59,529 bases of DNA from Nemertoderma westbladi (taxonomy: Eukaryota > Animalia > Xenacoelomorpha): assembly GCA_032718475.1 (NCBI GenBank), contig JAUCBJ010008835.1:1-59529 (forward strand). The letters are read 5' to 3'. Below, piece by piece: positions 1 to 13,857 of the stretch. Numbering within the stretch: the first letter of the stretch is position 1; each line of letters opens with the position of its first letter. A program made the position numbers and the translations under genes. The notes beneath the pieces are model-generated. The model ran no database searches. It saw only the letters and a list, made by a program, of their open reading frames with translations, and had not been told where the DNA came from.

Positions 1-1482
1 ACAATAGAACAGGTTACAGTTTTATTTTTGAGTGTAATCAGCTGATATTTGCGTCGAATTTCCCCCTTTTCTCACTTCCCCTTTTTTATTACGTCCAGTT
101 TCCCCCCTTATCTGGATTATGAAGATGAACCCACCCGAACCAAATTAGTAGTAAAACATTTGGTGCCGATTTTTATATACGTACATATCCAATAATCAGT
201 AACAGTAAATCGCGATTGTAAATAGCCTAATTATTATAACTAATTGAACAGAAACTTGAGGCTGTAGGCATAATATTATAGTAGAAAGAAGCCAACCAAT
301 TATCTACTCAAATAATTAATATCAAGTGATTACTTACTTGCATGATGTGTGTTTTATTTAACTTAAGTTTAGTAATAATAATTAATAGGGGCCACCCATA
401 TTAGACGTCACTAATTAGATCCCCCACCCGCACCATTGATACTATGTACCACTGCAATGTTGGAGATGAATGTTTGTTAGGGAAATATGATATTTCCATG
501 AAATACTATAGATGGGCACTGTGTCCCATTCATTAATTGTCCCATGAATGTTTATATTCATTAATTTCATTGTCAAAATGAATACGTATCATGCATTTCA
601 AAAAGATTTAGTTAATTCCAAACGCGATTTAAATATTGACCCAAAATGCGCATTACCATAAACATTACAATGGTATCTCAAAAGGGGAAAAAGTTGTCAT
701 CTAGACCGCGCCCTTGGCATTTTGTTTTGTTAAATCACTTATTAATTGAATAATATCAATAATTATTATTGTTTAACATCGATTATCCAATAATAACCAA
801 TAAATCTCCCCGCACTCACCACCTGTCCACGTTGGCTCCCAGCGTGACGTCATTTATGGATAACCCATTATATTATTTAGTCAAAAAAACTAACAGTTAA
901 CCAAATTATAATCGTCAAACCTGAGTTACTCTATCTGATGGTCTATAATATATGTATAACACCGTGCACATATGAGGAACTGCATTGACACTACTGTAAA
1001 ACCTGCACTAAATATGGTTCTTGTTAAAGCTAGGATCAGAGTTCATACGACTTGATTCACTCAACAATAAATTATTTGGAATTAGAGAATTAGACAATTA
1101 GAGAATTCAATAAGTTGGAGTTGGGTTGTACCTAATTACGGTTTACTGAGAAAATGAGAAAAACACTTTTTATTTTAAGTAATGAAATAAAGTGTTGTAT
1201 TAAATGAAACTCTGATCCGGGCTTTACTCGTTGAAACATCAGGCTAATAACCCGTTCGATTCACTTATAAACCAATTTGTTCGTTGAATAAATCAATAGC
1301 ATATAATACCGACCCACGCGGCCCGCAATATTATATACAATATATTTATTTGTTCGTTCGAATTCATAATGAAGTTATCATTTATATAAGTTAATTTATA
1401 TCCTCGTTTTAAGTCGAATAAAATATTTATTTTTATACCAATTTGGAATTGCAGTAAATCCCGTTGTGTTTCAACGCCGCTG

Positions 1483-2330
1483 TTAAACTTCCATTGCGGG
1501 GCTGGGAACCGCGGCCTCCAATGCCGACTCCGACAGGGCAGGGCCCGGAGTCGAGTCGGATCGTAACGGGGGTGTGCCGCCGTGCTGTACCGGCGCGGCC
1601 GCCGCCAGCATATCGAGGCCGGGGGCCGTCTGGGGGACGCTCATAATGGGCATCATGGGGGGCACGGCGCCCCCCATGGAGGGGGGCAGCCCCCCGTGGA
1701 CGACCGCGGCGGCGGGGGGCTGGCCCAGCGACACGGACGGCATGGTCCCGGTCGCGTTGAACCGGAAGCCGCCGTTCAGTTCGGATTCCGAGACGCCCCC
1801 CACCGACACCGACGGGATCGATGGCATCCCGCCTCCCGCGGATCCGGGGAACTGGATCCCCCCGGGGGGGATCCCCATCCCGGATCCCGGGAGCTGGATC
1901 CCCCCGGCCCCGGGGATGGGGATCCCCGCGCCGCCGAACATATCCTTGGGGAGAACCGGCGGGAGGAACGCTTTATGGTTGCTCAGCAACGAGGATATAT
2001 CGCCGTGGTTGTGCATCCCCAGTGCCATGGGATTGGCGCTAACGTTGTCTAGCATCCCGGCCTGCATCCCTCCCATTCCCCCGCCCATCCCCAGACGCTC
2101 CCGTTTCAGCAGCTGGCCCAGCATCGCGTCTTTATTGACGCAGTTACGCAACCCGTCGGGTATCCGATCGGTAATCGCGCGACGGATTTCCGCAGCGGCA
2201 CTCTCTCGCATCTCGATGGTGCTCGCCTGTGATTGGCGGGCCGTCCTCGGTGTGATTATCACGTTGTTGTAGTCCCGCAGCTGGGAATTGGCTACCGAAG
2301 TTCCATCGAGAGCGCAAGCTCGTATTTGTC
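1483..2330 (-). CDS. CtBP: CtBP coding exon 5: end of dehydrogenase-like core plus long Gly/Pro/Met-rich tail
   Basis: Acceptor ctttccag|GA; QIRACALDGTSVANSQLRDYNNVIITPRTAR...EMRESAAAEIRRAITDRIPDGLRNCVNK. The five exons sum to 1653 nt (550 aa + stop). AATAAA (minus strand) near 1426-1431. Confidence 0.93.
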
Positions 2331-3000
2331 CTGGAAAGATAAATAAATATCAATCAATCAAACAATTAGTTTTTTAAAGAGAAAGACACCGCATGTGGGG
2401 TAATCGATTTTATTTCTTAAAAGTGGCTAAAATTGCAATAAAATAAAATTAATAAAATATCTATTGGCGTGTCACCTTAGCTATAGGTGGCTCATCGCAC
2501 TTTCGGCAGATATCAAAGACATAATAATATTATATTATAGACTATCGGCTACCATCTACCAAAGAATGTCAAATTTAAATAATCAGTAAAATAACGTTTA
2601 TCAAGTAACATAAAGGACCCCCTTGGAAATAAGCTGCAAAGCTTTAGGGGTAATCCTATATGTTATGTTGGACAATACCTTTATACCGGTACATTGTTTG
2701 GTGTATTTGTTATTGTTTTTACATAATGTATAAATAAATATATCTATCTATAAATGAAATTGACAATAATTTTTCGCAGTAAATGTTAAGAAATCGACGG
2801 AATTGGCTCTAGTTTAGCTGAAAAGTTAAAAGATTCACGGTTGTTATACAAACAATGTCCCATCCGATATTTTCAGTATTCTCCATACTTGCAGCCTTAT
2901 TTGAGCCATTTCATTGCCAAATTATGTGGTATCTTATAATATAAACGCGATCGCGACATATAAATTCCACCATTTCAATATATTTCTAGCTTTTATTTTG

Positions 3001-4648
3001 GCTACCAATTAAAGTCATCCCAAAATTGATGAAAATTTCACCAAAAAAATTATTCAACACCAAATAAATTAAAGTCACCCCAAATAAAATTATTCAAACA
3101 CCAAAACCAATTATTCAATACCAAAATAAATAATTGCTCCCCAAAACCAATTATTAGCGCCAAAATAAATGACAAAACCCGCAAAATAATTACAAATTTT
3201 CCCAAAACAAATACATTTTCCCCCAAAACAAATACATTTTAGCCCAAAATAAATACATTTTCCCCCAAAACAAATACATTTTCCCCCAAAACAAATACAT
3301 TTCTCAAAATAAATACATTTTCCCCCAAAACAAATACATTTTAGCCCAAAATAAATACATTTTCCCCCAAAACGAATACATTTTCCCCCAAAATAAATAC
3401 ATTTTAGCCCAAAATAAATACATTTTCCCCCAAAACAAATACATTTTCCCCCAAAACAAATACATTTCTCAAAATAAATACATTTTCCCCCAAAATAAAT
3501 ACATTTTAGCCCAAAATAAATACATTTTAGCCCAAAACAAATACATTTTAGCCCAAAAAAAATACATTTTCCCCCAAAAACAAATACATTTTCCCCCAAA
3601 ACAAATACATTTTCCCCCAAAACAAATACATTTTAGCCCAAAATATATACATTTTCCCCCAAAACAAATACATTTTCCCCCAAAACAAATACATTTTAGC
3701 CCAAAATAAATACATTTTCCCCCAAAACAAATACATTTTCCCCCAAAACAAATACATTTTAGCCCAAAATAAATACATTTTCCCCCAAAACAAATATATT
3801 TTTGCCCAAAATAAATACATAATCCCCTAAAATAAATACTATACTACTGCAGCAATAGGCCTTGCACTTCCTGGAAGTTAGACAAAAACTTCAATACTGC
3901 CGTAATACTGAAACCTAATAACAGAATAAGTAATAGGCCATAGGCAATAATAGGCCTATCTGTACGAATATTGAAACTGAAGTAGGCCTATTACTGTAGG
4001 TACATCGGTACGAAACCTAATAACAGAATACGTTGTTCTGAAGGCAATAGGCCTATTGGTACGAATACTGTAACTGAAGACTGAAGAATGCGCCCATGTG
4101 AAGAATACCAGGATTTAATATAAAATATTTGGTGCTGGAATAATTTTTTTGGTTGACAAGTAATTATTTTTGGGGGATGAATAATTGGTTTTTGGGGGAA
4201 GAATAATTGTTTTTGGGGGATGAATAATTGTTTTTGGGGAATCAATAATTGTTTTTGGGGGACGAATTATTGTTTTTGGGGGACGAATAATTGTTTTTGG
4301 GGGATGAATAATTGTTTTTGGGGAAACAATAATTGTTTTTGGGGGACGAATAATTGTTTTTGGGGGACGAATAATTGTTTTTGGGGGACGAATTATTGTT
4401 TTTGGGGGATGAATAATTGTTTTTGGGGGATGAATAATTGTTTTTGGGGAAACAATAATTGTTTTTGGGGGACGAATTATTGTTTTTGGGGGACGAATAA
4501 TTGTTTTTGGGGGACGAATAATTGTTTTTGGTGAGAGAGATATTCAATATTGGGGGATGTGAATTGGTGCTACAAAAAATATATTTGGTGGAAAATAATT
4601 TATTTTGGTGTTAAATCATCTAATTTGGGGTGGCATTCAATTAGTAGC
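3001..4648. mobile_element. Foldback-type non-autonomous DNA element with repetitive arms, in CtBP intron 4
   Basis: Imperfect terminal inverted repeats (GCTACCAATTAAAGTCATCCCAAAATT vs rc GCTACTAATTGAATGCCACCCCAAATT). Left arm has ~21-bp CCCCAAAACAAATACATTTT repeats (~3200-3840); right arm has oppositely oriented 21-bp GAATAATTGTTTTTGGGGGAC repeats (~4170-4530). Confidence 0.7.
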
Positions 4649-5478
4649 GTTTTATTTTTAATTAAAAACGCCACGATGGGACACCATGCAGCCATGATAG
4701 ACCCTATTTTAGATTTTTAAATTTAATAACTCGAGAATGGATTAATGTAATTCGGAGCAGGAAACATATTATTGTATAAGTACGATTTTCGAACGTTTTA
4801 ATCAGCATGACCTGTCCACTGCCACTCCGCCCAGAAGTGAATATGAAAAACGGAAAAATTAGCAAATAGTCCCGGATGGGTCTGGGTGTTTATTTAGACA
4901 CAAGCCGGTTTTATAATATTTATTTTTACTTATTAGTCGATATTGACTATATAAAGGACTCCTTAGTTTTCATCTTGGACAAATAGTTTTCTAAATAAGC
5001 TTACAGTATGCAATAAACCGCAACAGCTCATGGGTTTCAGTTTAAAGGTAATTATTAAATATTTCATTTTTCATATGTGAAGTTGACCTTTTAATTTATT
5101 CTAAACACCTCCAGGTTTAGATTGTCCTTATTAATGCGATAATTTGACACAACAAAAAGGGAGTGTTTGACACATGAGGTTCGGTGCACTACTCCAAGGT
5201 AAACCAATAAACCGTTATCAGTTGTCGCTGTGCCATACCAAACCATGGACCGATCTACTAGTTTAGTGAGCTGCTTCCTGCTGTCATACAAAACGCAGTC
5301 TGCAATGGCAATTATATCCGCATATAAATATTATACAACTTACTCATTTTATTTTTCAATTATTGGAATAGTTATTATTAAAACCAATGAATTTCACAAA
5401 TCATCTGATAAAGCGGATCTAATATGCCACATGTTGAATCTGTTATAATATTCAAGTACCATCTTGAATGTCACTCAC

Positions 5479-5676
5479 CATCTTTAAGACCTATTTCCAG
5501 GGCCTTTTCATCGATGAGGCCGGGATTAGCAGCATTAACCAAGAAGGTCCCTTGTCTCATCTGTTTGATGGTAGCCTCATTGACCATGTTCCTTGTCTGA
5601 TCATTGAGGGGGCAATGGAGAGACACACAGTCGCTCTGGTACAATAGATCCTGTAAGCTGTTGCAACGGACCACCC
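5479..5676 (-). CDS. CtBP: CtBP coding exon 4
   Basis: Acceptor ttattgtag|GG; [53 protein letters not shown]; donor GATG|gtgagt, phase 1. Confidence 0.95.
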
Positions 5677-5896
5677 CTACAATAAGGATTGCGAAGTTAA
5701 TTAACAGAGTACTAATCAGTCACATGATTATCCACAGTACTATGGAATGACGCACTCCGTGGTGCAGCGAAAAAAAGATAAAGCGGCGAATATTGCATTC
5801 AGAAAATGTGTTTAAGCAACGCGATAAAAATATTAAAATAAATAAGTTATTTATATGACGTTTTCTTTTAACCGCGGTGTTTAAAGTCCAACATAC

Positions 5897-6532
5897 CCCA
5901 CCCACAGACCGAGAGCAGCCCAAATCTTACCCAGCCATGTCCAGTGCCCATGTCAGCCCAAATCTTACCCAGCCATGTCCAGTGCCCATGTCAGCCCAAA
6001 TCTTACCCAGCCATGTCCAGTGCCCATGTCAGCCCAAATCTTACCCAGCCATGTCCAGTGCCCGTGTCAGCCCAAATCTTACCCAGCCATGTCCAGTGCC
6101 CATGTCAGCCCAAATCTTATCCAGCCATGTCCAGCGCCCATGTCAGCCCAAATCTTACCCAGCCATGTCCAGTGCCCATGTCAGCCCAAATCTTACCCAG
6201 CCATGTCCAGTGCCCGTGTCAGCCCAAATCTTACCCAGCCATGTCCAGTGCCCATGTCAGCCCAAATCTTACCCAGCCATGTCCAGTGCCCATGTCAGCC
6301 CAAATCTTACCCAGCCATGTCCAGGGCCCATGTCAGCCCAAATCTTACCCAGCCATGTCCAGTGCCCATGTCAGCCCAAATCTTACCCAGCCATGTCCAG
6401 TGCCCATGTCAGCCCAAATCTTACCCAGCCATGTCCAGTGCCCATGTCAGCCCAAATCTTACCCAGCCATGTTCAGTGCCCATGTCTCCAACCCTACCCA
6501 CCCAGACCGAGAGCAGCCCATATCTTACCCAG
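5897..6532. repeat. 38-bp minisatellite (~15 copies) derived from the CtBP exon 3 splice donor
   Basis: Unit CAGCCCAAATCTTACCCAGCCATGTCCAGTGCCCATGT; the minus strand contains CTGG|GTAAGA, as in the real donor. Confidence 0.95.
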
Positions 6533-6736
6533 AGCCTTGTCGATTCCATCCGGTACGTTTGGATCATAGAAGACGATGTTGAACCCAAAGACTTTAGCCC
6601 GAAGTACGACTGCAGTAGCAACGCGGCCGAGACCAACCAATCCCAACGTTTCGCCACGGATTCTGGTTGTTATGCTCATCTGAGCCGCTTCTTTATTGTG
6701 GTCGCTGGCGTTAGCAGCTGTTCTACCGTCCCTCAC
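6529..6736 (-). CDS. CtBP: CtBP coding exon 3 (Rossmann fold start)
   Basis: Acceptor attattttag|GTG; RIRGETLGLVGLGRVATAVVLRAKVFGFNIVFYDP; donor CTGG|gtaaga, phase 1. Confidence 0.95.
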
Positions 6737-8031
6737 CTAAAATAATATGCCCGTTAGCAGCTGTTCGACCTAAAATAATATGCCCGTTAGCAGCTGTTCG
6801 ACCTATAACAATAAGCCCGTTAGCAGCTGTGCGACCTAAAACGATAAGCCCGTTAACAGCTGTTCGACCTAAAACGATAAGCCCATTAACAGCTGTTCGA
6901 CCTAAAACAATTAGCCCGTTAACAGCTGTTCGACCTAAAACAATAAGCCCGTTAGCAGCTGTTCGACCTAAAACAATAAGCCCGTTAGCAGCTGTTCGAC
7001 CTAAAACAATAAGCCCGTTAGCAGCTGTTCGACCTAAAACAATAAGCCCGTTAGCAGCTGTTCGACCTAAAACAATAAGCCCGTTAGCAGCTGTTCGACC
7101 TAAAACAATAAGCCCGTTAACAGCTGTTCGACCTAAAACGATAAGCCCGTTAGCAGCTGTTCGACCTAAAACAATAAGCCCGTTAACAGCTGTTCGACCT
7201 AAAACGATAAGCCCGTTAGCAGCTGTTCGACCTAAAACAATTAGCCCGTTAACAGCTGTTCGACCTAAAACAATAAGCCCGTTAGCAGCTGTTCGACCTA
7301 AAACAATAAGCCCGTTAGCAGCTGTTCGACCTAAAACAATAAGCCCGTTAGCAGCTGTTCGACCTAAAACAATAAGCCCGTTAGCAGCTGTTCGACCTAA
7401 AACAATAAGCCCGTTAGCAGCTGTTCGACCTAAAACAATAAGCCCGTTAACAGCTGTTCGACCTAAAACAATAAGCCCGTTAACAGCTGTTCGACCTAAA
7501 ACAATAAGCCCGTTAACAGCTGTTCGACCTAAAACAATAAGCCCGTTAGCAGCTGTTCGACCTAAAACAATAAGCCCGTTAGCAGCTGTTCGACCTAAAA
7601 CAATAAGCCCGTTAGCAGCTGTTCGACCTAAAACAATAAGCCCGTTAACAGCTGTTCGACCTAAAACAATTAGCCCGTTAACAGCTGTTCGACCTAAAAC
7701 AATAAGCCCGTTAACAGCTGTTCGACATAAAACAATAAGCCCGTTAACAGCTGTTCGACCTAAAACAATAAGCCCGTTAGCAGCTGTTCGACCTAAAACA
7801 ATAAGCCCGTTAACAGCTGTTCGACCTAAAACAATAAGCCCGTTAACAGCTGTTCGACCTAAAACAATAAGCCCGTTAGCAGCTGTTCGACCTAAAACAA
7901 TAAGCCCGTTAGCAGCTGTTCGACCTAAAACAATAACCCGTTAGCAGCTGTTCGACCTAAAACAATAAGCCCGTTAACAGCTGTTCGACCTAAAACAATT
8001 AGCCCGTTAACAGCTGTTCGACCTAAAACAA
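6737..8031. repeat. 33-bp minisatellite (~39 copies) derived from the CtBP exon 3 splice acceptor
   Basis: Unit ACCTAAAACAATAAGCCCGTTAGCAGCTGTTCG; minus strand TTGTTTTAG|GTCGAACAGCTGCTAAC matches the real junction TTATTTTAG|GTG...GAACAGCTGCTAAC. Confidence 0.95.
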
Positions 8032-8515
8032 TCATCAGTGGAACACCACAAATCAAAGTCTCCACAATAAACTATATCGTTGCTGCGAGGTGACCTTTTT
8101 TTGTTGTCCAATTTTGTTACTCAAATATTTCGTTAATTTGTATAAAAACTTAGATTTGAATTAATTATTTTATCCTGCAATTTGACTTAATACATTTCGC
8201 ATGTATATTATATATATCACTATTACATAATTATACAAAAATAGGTAAAACATAATTAATTATATAACAAAATAAAGTTAGGAATTTCCATTGGCTTTCA
8301 TACGGTACTGTACTATAAATGATAAATTTACATTGTTGCGAACAGAAGTTGTTAAAAAATATAAGTATAACATTTTTATTCCAAAATTGTAACATTACTC
8401 AATGCCGTTAGTATTAACAGCGAGTTGTTAGTTTAGCACTTTACAACTTTAGAGGACATTACAGCATTGTATTGGCCTGTACATTTAGTATTTTATTTGG
8501 TGTTATTGTTTACGT

Positions 8516-8582
8516 GGTAACCCATGACGGCGTTAAGTAATGTCCCCTTAGTGGACATTACTTAATGCCGTCATTGGTTACC
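8516..8582. other. Near-perfect ~30-bp-stem hairpin in CtBP intron 2
   Basis: GGTAACCCATGACGGCGTTAAGTAATGTCC-loop-GGACATTACTTAATGCCGTCATTGGTTACC. Confidence 0.8.
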
Positions 8583-8685
8583 TCGTGGAAATTTGCCTGA
8601 CAGCCAGATAGGCCTACTGCATTACCTACCGGTAGGCGGGGTATAGCTATTAATAACCAGTAGGGCCTAGCTAGATTATTATTAA

Positions 8686-9721
8686 CACGTTAACTGCGAC
8701 TCTGAAACCACCGGTTCTTTGTTACTGCGGATTGTGCACCGGTGAACAACCATGTGCTATTTCATGACTGTGCAGGATTTGAGGCTTGGCGTTTAGCTGC
8801 TGCGGATTGTGCACCGGTGCTCAACAATTTACTTTTTGTTAATTACATTTTGTGGGAACGCCTTTGGGCACCGGTGCTCAAATTTACTATCATTGTATTT
8901 ATAAAACAATGTAGAACCACCATGGAAGAAACCGCATCTCAATACCTCCTTCCAGGCCAGAGATAGTGGTTTGAATTTCATCAAAATTGTATATATTTTT
9001 TTATGATTTTACTCTTACAGGGTTAACAATTTTCAAAACTGTACCAATGATTATCCTATCATATAGTAAATGACTTTTGGCCACTTTCGAAATTTCAGGG
9101 AGTAGTCCCCATAGAAGATAATGTCTGCAGTTTAAAGACCCCCCCCCCCCCACCGCCATCAATTATTTGGGTTTTAAAAACGTTTATAAAGTAAAACAAT
9201 ATAAAATCACATTGTTTATGTTACAGCACACTTGGTCATGCAATAAAAATTAATACATGAAAAGTTAACAGTAGACAGTTGTTATTTCTTAACTAACAAT
9301 AAACTAAATCAAATAGGCCTAATAGCTATAGCTATGCTACAGTAGAGCATTTTAAAAATCCCGCCATATTTATATACGTGGAAATATTGAGCACCGGCGC
9401 TAAATCCGCACTGGCACTTGTGTAGTGCGGATTGTGCACCGGTGCACAAACCCAAAAAAATATATACCGTATGGCGTATATGAGTCATACAAAGGGCACA
9501 GATACCGAATATGACAATGGCTAATGTATTTGAGCACTGGTGCTCAACTTATAGTCTCCGCTCTAAGGGCTGGCCAAGCCAAAATAGCTCCGCACTACAG
9601 GGTTGCACAGGTCATGTTGACCGGTGCTCAATCCGCAGTATGAAGTTGACAGGGGGTAAAACCTGCCGCAGTAAAGTTAAAACACGAATTGTTCACCGGT
9701 GCTCAATCCGCAGGTAACGTG
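8686..9721. mobile_element. piggyBac-like non-autonomous element
   Basis: TTAA at 8682-8685 and 9722-9725; TIR CACGTTAACTGCG / CGCAGGTAACGTG; repeated internal GCGGATTGTGCACCGGTG motifs in both orientations; no transposase ORF. Confidence 0.8.
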
Positions 9722-9905
9722 TTAACATGGCTCCAAACGCCACCATAAATATAAGCTAACTTATTTATAACATAATTTATGTCATTTTTATTTATACAGC
9801 AACTAATATAATTTGTGCGGTTTCTATCACTTATAATGTATATGTACAATCATTTCGTAATGTTACAATTTTGGAATAAAAGTACATACATACTTGTTGC
9901 AAAGT

Positions 9906-9999
9906 ACTTTACAGTGTTCTGATCCTCGTGGCTTATTTTCACTCACTCACTAACGTTCGTTCGTGTAACAAAGCCACTCGGATCATCACACTGTAAAGT
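9906..9999. repeat. Imperfect palindrome, probable small DNA-element remnant (a similar one lies at ~17513-17565)
   Basis: ACTTTACAGTGT...ACACTGTAAAGT arms with inner TGATCC-TCGTGGCT / AGCCACTC-GGATCA pairing. Confidence 0.55.
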
Positions 10000-10008
10000 G
10001 CTACTTTA

Positions 10009-10272
<264 letters not shown>

Positions 10273-12332
10273 TTAAAAATACAAATTATATACCGGACCG
10301 GCACATGGAATGAGCGACATCTGTTAACATGTAGAACAAATAAACTAAAGTCCATTTTTTAAAACTAGGCGGCGGCTTATTTGTGCCCCTAACATCGCGA
10401 GTTTTTATCGTATGGAACTGATTTTTGGCTCATTCTCTTCGGAATATAACGATTATTACCGGTATCTAAATCAACTTCTTAATATATTATCTTATGATTT
10501 TTCTCATTCAAAACGCTGTGAAAAAAATACATATTTTAAAAAATTATGTTTCAAGATATTTTGCAACCGATTTTGTACATATATGCCATGGGTTTAGAGC
10601 TTTTTATTTTGGGACATTGCAAATGTATCCAAATCGTTTTCTGTCTGAAAAAATTATCAGAATCGATTTCCTATCAACAATGTGTGTGGTTAAATATGGT
10701 GGAAAGTGCATATTACAATCTAAATATAATTATATTGAATATATAGAATAGATGGCACGGCAAACTGTAAGAGAGCCTTACACTTTGCCGTGCCATTATA
10801 GTAATTTTTTGATATAATAAAATGATCTTAAAATATTTGTTCTAGAACAAAATAATTTTTATATTAAATGAATAGATAATATGTTCTAGAACATTTAATA
10901 AAAGAAAGAAAAACTAGCTTGTATAAAAAATTTAAACGTAACGTAACAGAAAGTTTCCATACAAACAGACACTATCATCTGGCTGTTAGGTTACATTTTT
11001 TGGGATGTTTGAACATACATAAGATAGAGATACCGTGCAGTTGAAAATAGTACTGTGGTTGTAAATAATCTATACCAAAGTTCAAAACTCGTTGAGTTAT
11101 GGCTAAAAATAATCTGGCTTAAATAGGCCGGGAGGCAGTTATGTCCGGCTTGGGGGAAGCATTGTACTTGACCAAATCAATTAGGAGTAGCATTCTTGTG
11201 TATCTTGGATTATAATAGGAGCTCCGACGATAGGCGGAGTCCGAGTTTTAGTGATTGATAACTCCACTCCAATGTATAATTATATTATAAAGATGTGTGT
11301 TTAGTTAGTGGTGAAATGTAGGTGTTATGAAATGTTCTAACGCCTAATCAAGCAATTCTCTCATTAAACAAAGGAGAATCAAATCACAGAAAATATCACT
11401 CTAAAGGACTAGCATAGTCCACTATTAAACCTCAATAAAATCTTTGCTATTATTTGTTCACTCATCAATGGTTTCTGAATATATAAAATGAGTTCAAATA
11501 TCCCGCCACCATATAACAAATTATAACTTTAAGACAACAAAACCCATTCAGTGGTCTCCATTATCAAAAGTCCCCCACTTGACGGTAGTCAACTGTTAGA
11601 GCTTATAGTACCGTACCTGGTTTACAGTAAATGTACCAAACCAAGTTGTTCTTTCTCCGGTGTAGTAATCCTAATTATATTAAGATTATACTTTTTCCAA
11701 TTTAAATTAGATTTTAATTACCGTAGGCCTATTGTCTGTTGACACTGTGTAAATAATTTAATGAATTATGTCAAATAAACAATCCCAATCCTGCAATCTC
11801 AATTTTGGCAGGAATCTTGAGTGTAGTGAATTTAATTCACTAATTCATTTTAAATTGTGTTTACCTGAAACCATGTCCTCCCTGGTCAAGTATTCCATCA
11901 CCAATTCCAGGCTATCTGTCATGATTGTACTCACAACGTACCGGTACTGCATGACATAGTGCAAGGTCTTCCCTGTTTAATTTATTATTATCGGTAATAA
12001 AAAATTAAATAATAGAAAAATAAATAGTAATAGATAAAATAGTAATAGTAAAAAGTAATAGAAAAATAAATATAGCGGTAGGTACTTTTAAATAAATGCT
12101 GAAATTATGAACTTTCCCGAGAAACCCGAAAGTATGCCATGCCCACAACCTATGTGAGCATGAGCACCCAGGCCTCCCATCAGCATTACATCAGTTCAGT
12201 ACATAGTTCCCGTACTGATGTACTGTGGTACAAAAGTTGTAAATAAATGTCACTGATTTAATCTCAAAATCTCGGATAATAAACATTAAAAAAGGCTCAA
12301 AAAAATGTGTCACTACCAAGAGGGCCATATCA

Positions 12333-12632
<300 letters not shown>

Positions 12633-13857
12633 TCAGTACTACAGTACTGCAGTACATAGAAGTCAGGCAGTCTGCCAGTGGGTACCTGGATACAGGACAC
12701 TCAGGACAGGTAGGCTTATTACAGTATTATAGCAGACAGGCAGAGCAGTTGGCAGTCGCCAGTCGGGGCTCGGGGAGAAGTTCAAATTTCTACTGAGTTG
12801 AAATTTAAAACTGTTTTTTTCAAAATTAAATTGTAAATTCAACTCTAAAATGACAGAATTTTGAAAACTACCTAAGTAAACCGGAAACAATTAAAAAAAA
12901 TACAAAAATATTAGGCCTAGGCCTAGCCTAGGCCTACTCTTTCAATGGATGTTCAGTTCAATAATAAGAAGTACTGTAGTGCAGTAGTGTATGCACTTAC
13001 TGTCAGACTGTTGTATGCATGCCTGCATGCACTCACGTACATTTCAGCATTTCAGCCTTTACATTACATAACTGTATAAACATAATACACAGGCCCTAGC
13101 TTCAGAGCTTGCTTTTGTCAGTATATGCTGAGCTGATATGTACCGGTACATCAATACTCTCTGACTCCGACAATCTGACCTGCAGCTATTTACTGATTTA
13201 CAGTACAGCAGTACGCAGGTCAGCAGGTAGGCGGTAAGGTTGTAAGCTTGTAACCTTACCGGTCTACCTACAGCACAGCAACAGCACTACACATGAGACT
13301 AAATCCTGGGAGAGAGTATCTAAACTCAGCCAAAGCCTCTAAGCGTTACTTCAATTCAATACAGCATTGTGACAAGACAATGGGTAAATCTTTTCGACCT
13401 ACGCGTAGGACTACGCGTATCTACGCGTAGTTTGTAACTTCCATTCCTGTCATTTACCGGTAGGGCCAGACTTACTGCCTTTTTAACAACTACGCGTAGG
13501 TGTTTTAAAACTACGCGTAGTTATTTTGGAACTACGCGTAGGTATTTTGAAACTACGCGTAGGTTCTACGCGTAGCAGTCCTGATAACAATGATTTTTCA
13601 TTTCAGGTCCGGTAGGGTTGAGTTGTTAGGCAAGTATCGGTATATGTCAGGTATCTGATAATCAGACAAATGGAATAACAGATTCGGAAGCTCATATCTC
13701 TACATACAAGGGTAAATCTTTTCGATCTACGCGTATGCCTACGCGTAGCTACGCGTAGTTCGCAACATTGGGTCATATATCACCAGTTTCAGAGTTTTAA
13801 CAATAACTACGCGTAGGTCCTACGCTATCTACGCGTAGGTGCTACGTATAACTACGC

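Noticed and set aside
1574-2272. 232-aa plus-strand ORF
   Set aside because: Antisense shadow of the GC-rich CtBP exon 5.
3111-4547. Cys/Phe/Gly-rich ORFs
   Set aside because: Translations of the foldback element's repeat arms.
5877-7944. Long plus-strand ORFs (212-371 aa)
   Set aside because: Translations of stop-free minisatellites, antisense within CtBP introns; no coding signal.
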